A DNA stretch of 58,391 nt, counting the filler, from Sphacelaria rigidula (Eukaryota), in assembly GCA_964200075.2 (NCBI GenBank). It is 7 parts of 7 records of this genome, joined end to end, with 100 filler letters (N's around TTAATTAATTAA, not from the genome) between each part and the next. Parts side by side here need not be neighbours in the genome. Positions count along the whole stretch, not along the records: positions 41,781 to 50,036 come from CAXNAA020011762.1; positions 50,137 to 58,391 come from CAXNAA020011763.1; 5 more parts are not named here. One strand, written 5' to 3'. Positions 48,901-58,391 of the stretch are shown here, in pieces. A program made the translations under genes and the position numbers. The notes under the pieces were generated by a model. That model was not told the DNA's origin and did not search any database. It saw only the letters and a program-made list of their open reading frames with translations. The first letter of the stretch is position 1. Each line of letters opens with the position of its first letter.

Positions 48901-49974
48901 ACGAGCCATAAATGAACCAACAGAGCCGGGTAAAGATCGATCGGCGCGCAAGCATTCTGCGCTACGGTCGACAGGCACCACATCTGCCGAAGAAAAACTC
49001 TGGTTAGTACCTAGAGTCACTTTACGCCAAGGCAGCGCTCCAGCACTTGACATCGGTGTTTTTACATTCGTCGCAACAGTGGAAGATACACGAGACACGA
49101 ATCCTGCCGGGCCTGTAGGTTGCGAGCCTTCCGCTCCAGCACTCCCCACCGAAGTATTACCTTCTCCCACATATGTTAGCTGCCCCGACACAGACAAACC
49201 TAGAGATCTAGAGTCATCACGTGAGAACGCACTTGAGGATACAGTAGCGGCGGAATGACAATGCTCCGTCGCTTGATTTCGTTTTTGGCCCCTGCCTCTG
49301 CACCCGTATCTCTGGTTGCTCCGACCTTGTCCGCCATGACAACCGCCTCGAGATCCTGACAAATCTCGCGCATTTCCTTGCGCAGCGCCTTTAGCGCGAG
49401 GCTTGGGATAACGTCTTAACATATGCCCATGGTCTCCACAATTGTAACATAGGTGAGTGAACAACGCTCGCGAAGTCGGCAGCTGTTCCTGTTGCTTGCG
49501 CTCGCCATACTTTGACGTTTCTAACGGTTCATCCCAAACCAGCGGCGTCGTTGCCGCTTGAGCCATGCTCTCTATGTTTACAAAAATCACGGATAGACTC
49601 TTGCCTTACTTGAGCGTCCCTCCAGCGGAGTGTGTCCCTCCAAACGCTGTGCGTTGTAAGCTGCCTTCCGTCTAAGAACCAGCTGCTTTCCGCAGCTTCA
49701 ACCAGGATCCGAAAAACCGTACAGCTTCAATCCTCTCTCCAGTTTCTCCAGGCCTTCCAACAGAGTGCCGAGGAATATCTAGATATTATTGCCTCTGCCA
49801 GACGATCTGGACAAGACGACTTCCAGCGAGGGTCTCCTCCAGCAGTATCTGGCCTCGCAGCTCGATGAGCCTTCTCAGAGCTTTGTATCATTCATGAAGT
49901 AAACAGCTGCAGCCCGTACCGTCAGGCATGGGCTATACAGCAAGCGTCATCATCCACAGGATGCCCTTGTAACA
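45965..49974 (-). mobile_element. Decayed, internally deleted Ty3/gypsy LTR retrotransposon
   Basis: LTR-like direct repeats ~45971-46096 and ~49793-49970. ORF 48427-49590 has a zinc knuckle CYNCGDHGH and protease motif VFLDSGS...LFGM. Integrase-core remnants at ~47820-48250 and ~46430-46720. No RT or RNase H seen. Confidence 0.85.
48427..49590 (-). pseudogene. Retrotransposon gag zinc knuckle plus aspartic protease fragment
   Basis: CX2CX4H with the last Cys replaced by Tyr; DSG catalytic motif. Confidence 0.85.
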
Positions 49975-50036
49975 GCGGATCATCTATGTTGAGGATGGAG
50001 ATTTTCATTGAGGATGAGAACCCGGAGGATTAAAAT

Positions 50037-50136
50037 NNNNNNNNNNNNNNNNNNNNNNNNNNNNNNNNNNNNNNNNNNNNTTAATTAATTAANNNNNNNN
50101 NNNNNNNNNNNNNNNNNNNNNNNNNNNNNNNNNNNN
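50037..50136. other. Artificial assembly linker
   Basis: Same N44-TTAATTAATTAA-N44 structure. Confidence 0.98.
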
Positions 50137-50253
50137 CAATATACAATAGATTCCATACTGTACGCAGTACATTTTTTTACAATATAATCTTTTGTCCAGG
50201 GTGTGGAAATTGCTGCGCTGGGGGTAAGAAATGACCAACATAAGAAAAGTTTG

Positions 50254-50512
50254 CAGACGTCGGAAAGATCATGATCTGTCTGAAACAACTGATCAAAGAA
50301 GACTCTCGAGTCCGTTGGTCCAAAAACACAAAATATGTGACCGCGGAGTCAGAAAAGCCAAGGCGCAACCTTTGCACTACTCGGTGGTGTCAGGGTCCGG
50401 CGCTGTAAGGAGCAAACATGGAAAAGGGGGGCCAAATGATCCGGATCATGATCCCGATCAGTATACTGAAAATACGTTATTTCCAGACGGGTCATGATCT
50501 GTCCGACGTCTG
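50254..50512. repeat. Inverted repeat pair (~32 bp), probable old MITE
   Basis: cagacgtcggaaagatcatgatctgtctgaaa versus ttccagacgggtcatgatctgtccgacgtctg. Confidence 0.6.
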
Positions 50513-50579
50513 AAAGTTTGCAATTTGCCAGACATGATGAATGGTGAAATAACAAATGACGCTCACATCGACACCGGTC

Positions 50580-50939
50580 GCCCCGGTGGCTAAATTGGTC
50601 ACCTCGGAACCTCCTGACGGTTGGGTTGTGGGTTCAAAACTCGGAGCAATCTGGGACTTTTTCTCACACTATGCCCAAGAGTGGAGAGCGACTATGTCAT
50701 GGGTACACGAAATTCGACGTAACGATCGACGAGGGAAAGGGAATGCTGAATACCTCTCGCAATAAAAAAGAAAGGAAAGGACCGCAGAAGGAAGGTGGGG
50801 TACTAAAAATAAACAAAAGAGCAAAAACTCCCGTGTTGACTTCCTCCTGTGTGAACCCGGCTGGTGCGCCCACATATACCGAGAGGTGTACACCGGCGTC
50901 CAGAATAGATTGTATGACAAAAAAAAACACACCACACAT
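50580..50939 (+). mobile_element. Full-length tRNA-headed SINE (family B)
   Basis: A box TGGCTAAATTGG (50587-50598), B-box-like GGTTCAAAAC (50631-50640), body shared with 45140-45405 and 8357-8445, A/CA-rich tail. Confidence 0.75.
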
Positions 50940-53171
50940 CGACTGCCAAAGTAAGGTTTTGAGCCTCGTTCAACATATATGTTTTTTATGAGCAGGCCAG
51001 TACTGTATGTTTTGCCAGCTGTTGGGAAATATCGGTCGGTGCGCGGCGATGGAACAGGTAGCCACGGACATGGCCTACACAACATGCTCATCGGGTCTAC
51101 TGGCCCAACCATGTACTGTCTGTATTCTGGGGGGATGGTAGGGGTGGTGAGATACGTGACACTTAACCAGGCGCAATAATACTGGTACAATCGGGTTCAT
51201 GGTTCTAGCATGGAGAATGACCATTGCGTTCGTACAATAGTTGTACCTTGCGCACCAGCCGTTGGGAAAATATCCATCGTCAGTCACTCTTGCGCCAAAA
51301 AAAAAGTGCAACTCAAATGCCAAGATGCCCGCATACAAGAATCATACGCACCTTATGTATCTTTTGACGGTTTAGTATTGTATTTTTAGTACAAGTCAAG
51401 CGTTACTTTGCTCATGGATTTCTCCGCCGTGTCTGAACGAACCGGCCTGAAACTTGGCACAGAGGTAAACCAGAACACAGACGGCATATTCCCGGATCGG
51501 CGGCACGTTTTACATGGTGCGCCAGACGCTCGAAGCGAATACAGATTTAGGGCAATGCCATCGATACGCCCTCAAAACGGAGTCCCCTCGGCCCAGAAAG
51601 CGTGAGACGTCAGTGGATGCATATGTTGACACGCAAATGCGCTCACTTCCACATGATGGCCTGCTGGGTGGCTCCTGCCCCGGCAAACAAACATCGATCC
51701 GTATTGGGCACACCCTGGATGATGTCATTCTACGCGGTACCCACCTTGGTATCGCCTGTAGAGGTGCTCACTTCAGGAGACACGGCCGTGCAAGAGCTGT
51801 CAGTGCTTTCCTTCGACCACATGTCATGTAGACAATAGACAACAACCTCATCTTGCTGAATCTAGGGTTGCGCAGTGTGTGCGCGCGTATTGGGGCGAAA
51901 ATATATCGGATTTTTCCTCTTTTTGGCGTAAAGCTGCAGTTGGTGCGCTGCGGAGAGTAGAACTGAGCCGAAGTTCTTGGACAAGGCAAGTAACGGTGAT
52001 GATCTGTTGTCCAAAGCCAGTATGATTTATGGTTTCATGCTTCATCGAGTCTGTTGACTTCTGTCTTGTTTCCTGTAGTGCAAAAAACGTGGACCGCAGA
52101 CGCTACAGTGAAAGGGCCAACCCTTTGACTGCAAGGGTAGATCATCGGTTGAATCAAAATGACTCGCGCTTGACAAAATATTGCATGTCCGAGATCAACC
52201 TTACCGGCGGTCATGGGGTTACAAAAGGGTCTTCATAATGGTACTATTGACAGCAATAACTAAGCAGACGGTGCACAGCAGTACAATAACCGGACAATAA
52301 TCGGGAGAAAACACCCCCCAACGCACCTCAAGGTTAGAGACTTATCCGCCGCCAGTTCGATGTGGACAGGAGATTGCAAATCGAGCAGCTAGAGTTGTAC
52401 AGTGAAACTGCTGTACTATTGCGTGGTTGGCTCAGTCAGCACAGATAGCAAGGCAGAATAGGAAGTACATCGGGGCAATAAAATAACGCAGGAGTTGTTG
52501 GGATTGCTCATGTAACGTGCCATGTAGAACCAGATATCGAATGCTCACCGCTCTTTTAATGACTTCCAGTGATCCACTGTACTCTGAGACAGCACACCAA
52601 GATGGAAGCTCAGCTCGGCAACAAGATGCAGGGTAAATAGCTGTGCTGGACTGGGCCGGGCGAGCAGATAGCCACAATACGACGCTGTACTGCAGCTGCT
52701 GACTGCGCTGACCGTGCTGCTAACAGGCGTTACAAGTTAAAGTCCAAATTGTCATCATCCACACGTCTAACCGGCTGTGAAGCACACCAGCTTGACACCA
52801 CACGACACCCTTCTGAGCGTCAGAGGGCCACCCTTGCGCCCAATAAGAGGGCGAGAGAGAAAATAAAGCAGAAGGCGAGACGGGAAGAAAGCAAGATGCA
52901 CGTCTCATGATATCGCGTGCATGCGACTTTGTGTGTACGAAAGAAGAATGATGAGCACGAAGGAGAAATATCTTTCCGTAGATCGCATCAGAGGATACCA
53001 CAAGGTACAACGTGATGACATTGCATCTTGTATGGTGTCATGTATCATGTGGATCGCATCTGGATTCAGGGCAGCTCTACGGTAATCCAGGCCTCCCTTT
53101 TGAGATTCTCGAGTTCAGCATACCAGGGAACTCGTCACACGTCGGGCAACTCAACTCATATGACTCATTCC

Positions 53172-54118
53172 ACTGGCTGAGCTATAGAGTATATAGTAGT
53201 CAGCATCAGAAGTTTTCAGAAGTCGTAGTTGTCCTTTTTCCGAGTTTTTCTGGAGTACTATTCTTCACTACTACTTGAAAGTGTGAGCGCCGAGAGATTT
53301 AGGGAGAAATCGTAGGCCGCGCTCGAACTGCAGTGCTCACGTTGGTGTTTTGGGGACGATACGGACTTGACACCCCGTTTATCAGGAGGGTGTCATCGAC
53401 CGTTTTTGTTCCAATATAAGCAGTTTTCCCGCTCTTCAGCGACGAAACGGTAAACATTCAGGTAATTTCATACGTATGAAATTCTTCACAATAACGATCG
53501 AGATCGTGTTTCCCTCCTATACTGCACAGACCTCAGTCTAGCGTTTTCTGCGGATGGCCTACTTTCGGTTTTTTTTCGCATGACATTTTCCATGAGCACT
53601 CGCAGTGCTAGCGTCGATACTTTTGGCAAAGCAAGCAAACCGTGCTCAAATCAAAATCGCCCAAGTTGGCGTTGTGGGGGCGATACCGGGTAAAGACCCT
53701 CTTCATCAGGAGGGTGTTATTGACCGTGAATGTTCCAAGAAACATAGTTCTCCTGTTTTAGCGCAGCGACTAGGTGAAATTGAAAAAAAAAATCGTTTTT
53801 GAGTCTTCACTTGTATAATCCGGATCGAGTCGATCCACCGAAAACACCGAAAAGAGCCTGGGGTCGTATTTTCGCGGGACCCCCGAAGATCGGTCAAGCC
53901 CGTAAGTTACTCATGATTGATCGCAGATGATTTTTCTTTCAATGTTTGTCGAGGGGATTCAACAATCTCCGGATGTCCACTTTTTGGCATCCAACAGTCA
54001 CTGTGATGNNNNNNNNNNTGATGAGCGGTGGCAAGCAAAACAAAGTTGGATAATCTTTGAGAACTAAGAAATAACGGATTCTGCATACTTCAGATGCTGA
54101 CTACTGTAGCTCAGCCAG
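53172..54118. repeat. Possible TIR element (~950 bp) with an internal direct repeat and a 20-bp palindrome
   Basis: ctggctgagcta...agtagtcagcatcagaag is inverted at 54088-54118. 'atcaggagggtgt' occurs at ~53381 and ~53705. Perfect palindrome aatttcatacgtatgaaatt at 53464-53483. Confidence 0.5.
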
Positions 54119-54679
54119 GCATCCAGTATTGCAATCACTACTCGTAGCGATCGGTAGTATGTGGGGGTGAGCATATCAGCAGACCCTAAAAAAAAACCAC
54201 GAACAAGCAAGGCCCATTAACAGACACTTCTATAAAATGAGGTTCGAGCCCAAAACAGCGATTTCCCACACTTTCAGAGATGGTGCCCCATGACTTTTTT
54301 GTCGGCCTAAAGCTCCTCAATCGCGTGGATACTTCTTCAGCGCATTTCACCGACTCTGTTAGCGTACACCGACACTAAAAGCGTGTTTTGGGATAACACT
54401 ACGGAAACCGAGTCACCAGAGTCCACCGTCGCTGTGTGCCACGAAGAAAACCTCGCCGCCACTGTACCTCAAGGTGGCCGAAAGCGGTGAAGAATACATT
54501 TTCCTGACAAGTGCCCGGATTGAAAGATGCTCTCATGAACCATCATTTGCCTACGCGAGGATAAACTAAAACGTCGTGTGTCGTATCGCATCACACGTGA
54601 TCCTTCAATCTGCTTCTTCATTATTTCATCAGCAATTTGTGAGATATTCCCACTACACATGCGACACACCAATCGTGAT

Positions 54680-55750
54680 GAAATTCAACAAAACAGCCGA
54701 CAAAACCAACGATAAAAAGAACATAGCAAGAACACGCACATATCGTTCAATTTTTTCTTTCTCGCTCACATTCACCAACTCCCTGAAGAACCCCCCCCTC
54801 CCCATGCATGATCATCAGTACATCCCCCCCCTCCCCCTCCGTCTCGAAAGGGATGCGTGGTCAATGGTCACACGACTAAGGCAGGCAACATATGTGTACG
54901 CCCCCCCCCATCCCCCCTCATCAACATAATGTTATTGCGCAGCGCATACCACTACTCCATGCCACATATGTATAACAAGAACTGATGAGTCATAATTGAC
55001 ACCGACCCCCCTACCCGCAATTTTTATTTGTACAGGCGCTGGTGGCTGTCCGAGTACAAACGCGAACGACGATACGAACACCCTGAAAATTCAGTGCGCT
55101 ATTTATCACACCATTTGTGAGATATTCCCAGTATACATGCGGCACATCGATCGCAAAAAAATATCAAGGGTCGGACGAATCATTACTTGATTTTAGTGTG
55201 ATTCGCACGGTACGAATCACTCCTAACGCTTTGTTTTCAGCATTGCAACCCAGGCACGTGGAATGGTGCAAAAGTTGCGTGGAGACCTGTTTGACCAGCG
55301 GTTAACATCCTTCTCTATTTCGATCAATCAGGCCCTAAGAAATCGTGGATTTGGTGGTTTGAACCGGCGATGATTCGTCCTAACCGTGTAAAATCCAACA
55401 AAACAGCCGAGAAAACCAACAAAAAACACAACACAGCAAGAACACGCGCATATAGTTCACTTTTTTTTCGCTTACATTCATGAAGTCCCTGAAGAAATCC
55501 CCCCTTCTCCCGTCAACATATTGTTATTATACGCGCGCATATCGTTTACTTTTTCTACGCTCACATTCATCAAGTCCCTGAAGAAATACCCCCTTCCCAC
55601 GTCAACATATTTTTATATGCGCAGCGCATAGCTCTACTTCATGCCACATATGTCATAATTGACACCGACCCCCCCTACCCGCAGAAAAGAAATGTATAAA
55701 CGCTGGTGACTGTCCGGGTACAAACGAGAATGACGATACGAACACCCCAA
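54680..55750. repeat. Local duplication (~54680-55090 and ~55390-55750); the first copy carries family A tail insertions at ~54803-54909
   Basis: Shared 'caacaaaacagccga.aaaaccaac...agcaagaacacgc.catat...ccctgaagaa...tcaacata...gcagcgcata...catgccacatatg...cataattgacaccgacccccc'. Confidence 0.85.
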
Positions 55751-57419
55751 AAACAACGCTTTCGACTCGTCTCGCGTCGAGGGGAAAGCGGGGGGTTCTA
55801 CGAAATGGATCCTGGTTCATTTCATAACCTTGGTCACCCTGACAAGGGGAGGGTACCCGACCTAGTGTCCTGAAGTTGCTCTCCGAGACAGACGCTGCTC
55901 GAGGCGGTATCGAGTACCAGTACTTCGAAAGACCTTCGTGTCGATCTTCAGCGAAATGTTCATGGGCTGACGACGCTTCATACCCCGACAAAATGCACGC
56001 TCACACGTGAGCCGTCGTACATCACACACCGTAAACCCTCTTGTTTCGGGCAAACATTCACCTCCGCCCTGCCGTGAGATGACTCTGTCGCCGACATACC
56101 TAACACACGGAAACAACAGAGAAGTCCGTCGGCGGTGAGCATCATACAGTGCAGTACCCAAGGGCTCAGCTGCACCTTCTTTTTCAGCGTACATGCACGG
56201 CTATACCCACATCTTGACCTTCAGTGCAACACACTAACAGCCACTATGAAAATGATTCCTTGCCCTTCCCTGCCTCTCTAATGTGACTCGTCTATTCGAA
56301 TTTACTTTCAGCGAACCATTCCACGTCTCAAAGGGTCACAATTTCTCACTTTGGCTTTAAGTTTGCGAATAACAAAATTGCCTTGTCACACGAAGCAAAA
56401 ATAGACAACGTACGTATTCTTCGTGAACAATCCCAACCATTATGCAAAAATAGCGGTACATGGGAAACGGGGGGAGAGGAGGGACAAGGCTGACGAAAAA
56501 AAAAAACGAAAATGGGGGACCTGGACAACAGTTTTCCGTCAACATAACTCCCGCCCTCCACACACACGAAAACACACCCGAAGAAGTCTTTAGATATCGA
56601 AAGACCCGAAGAGACCCAGCTTTCAATACTCTTTTTGGCGCAAAGGCTCGACATTATCTCGAGCTACAAAGAGGCACACCACGCCTACTTTGGTCGGCGA
56701 GAATCCGAACAGTACAGTGCAACAATGCAACAGAAGCGATAGACAGAATAGGTGGGAAGGGTCAGACCTCACACAGTCAGCCATGTAGCACCGTCCCAAA
56801 TAAAACGCACGCAGGCAACAAAAACACACCAAGACACAGCCAACTAGGATGAATTCTCTCCGTTCTCCACTTTATACACGCAGGCAAACAGATAGCACAT
56901 ACGGGAAAATAACCATGAATAAAGCAAAAAAATAAAATAACCGTAAATTAAACAATTGGCGCGGTGTATGTACCTGATGAGATTGCTGGCTGTGGTAACA
57001 GCGCGTCTCTCCTCGGTGGGAACACACCCCAACACAAACCGAACAGAACCAACCCTTAAACCATGAAATCGAAAGCTGTACGCACCGAACGCACACACAA
57101 GCTTTTGAAAGCTGAATATCAGTCCGTTCGTTGGTTGAACAGGAAGTTGCAGACAAAACTCCATGCACCACCTGATACTACCCACCACATTCGAGCAAGA
57201 TTGCCACGGGTCACCTACAAGCACAATGCCCCCATCTTTGTATTCTAGCAAGATGGGCTACGATGGAAAAATGACCCTACTCTCCACACTACGAAACACG
57301 CACACAATTGTTCGCAGTCGTCGAAGCAACACGAGAAAAACAGCGATAATTTGGACACGCACAGGTATGTATAAACGGACCCCACAGACCTTCATAGTCG
57401 CCGACACGGCACAAACCAC

Positions 57420-57720
57420 ACAAACACGCACAAAGTTGGGCAGATGTACCTAGATACATAAGACTTCCACGGATGTCTATCGTCGCCAAAAGAGCAACAA
57501 AAACGCAAAGCGTTGGTCATACACATCTAGATACATCAACACTCCCACACACGTCTGTGGTCGCAAAGGCACCAAAAGAAACAAGCACAACACACACAAC
57601 AAAGTCGGGCACATGTACCTAAATACATAGGACTTCCACGATCGTTCACCGTCGCCAAAACGACAACAAGAACGCAAAACGTTGGCCATACACATCTAGA
57701 TACATCAGCACTCCTACACA
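57420..57720. repeat. Two-copy tandem repeat (~170-bp period)
   Basis: 'caaagt.gggca.atgtaccta.atacata.gacttccacg...cgtcgccaaaa...catacacatctagatacatca' occurs twice. Confidence 0.8.
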
Positions 57721-58274
57721 TCAGTAGCCGTAGTAAAGACGCCAAAATAGACACAGATAATACAAAGATGTTTACATGTACACAGAGGCATGGATATCCC
57801 ACATACGGTTTATAGCTGCCAAAACAACGAAACACGTCAAGACGCCAAACTCCAAGATTCCAAACTCTGTTGTGTACATGTGTATGAATGTGTATAAAAC
57901 CATCACAAATCATGTGCGTGCGCTTCTCCCTGCCCTTTCTGTCCCTCGATAGTGTCTGCTGTCGCTGGCATTCCTCCTCTGAAAAATTCCATCACCGTGG
58001 TGCACATACGTGAAGAAGACAATACTGGTCTCCGCCCTTTACACATCATGCACCCTGCCAAGTATGCCATAAAAGGCAAATTACCACCTGTGAGCTGGCG
58101 GTGTCACGACCCTTGAGGTGTGCCGTGGTTGCGGTCTGCAAGGTCTGCAAACTACGACGTGTGTGTCATCTCCTCCCCCTTCCCTTCAAGGACCCGCAAA
58201 GAAAGATTAGACACCACTACTGTACATGCAAACAAACAAGAGCAATAAAATATGTCTACCGCCCCGCCCCCGCC

Positions 58275-58391
58275 GGTAAGACATCCATGAGGCAGTGTAC
58301 AAGCCATGGCTGTCTCTGGAAGTGGCGATACCACAGCATAAAGGAACTCATTGTTGGCTGTCATCCAAATGCAAGATAATCAGTAGGCTTC
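58275..58391 (+). mobile_element. Family A fragment at the window end
   Basis: Family A body after 'gccccgcccccgcc'. Confidence 0.85.

Overview
Eukaryotic, intron-rich, repeat-rich DNA. The gene style and TE repertoire suggest a brown alga (Phaeophyceae), but this is inference only. The window is not one locus: it is seven pieces (six of exactly 8256 bp, the last 8255 bp) joined by identical 100-bp linkers (N44-TTAATTAATTAA-N44). This points to size-sorted unplaced contigs, so nothing can be inferred across linkers. Recognisable genes: (i) seven minus-strand exons of an XPC/RAD4 nucleotide-excision-repair gene (33858-41512) with a ~410-aa low-complexity insert inside the transglutaminase-like domain; (ii) three 3' exons of a RSM22/METTL17 mitoribosome-assembly gene (19826-23359, +) that need a GC-AG intron; (iii) a purple acid phosphatase remnant (-); (iv) two possible 3' exons of an unidentified minus-strand gene. 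The rest is mostly mobile DNA: two decayed Ty3/gypsy elements, an RTE-like LINE fragment, two tRNA-headed SINE families, several MITEs (Stowaway-like, CAC..GTG nested) and a TIR family carrying arrays of 41-bp palindromic units. The most unusual signal is a high-copy non-coding element with a fixed 3' end, variable 5' truncation and apparent targeting of poly(C) tracts; an empty versus filled site pair is visible in the window. I see no support for a novel multi-gene system or a CRISPR array.
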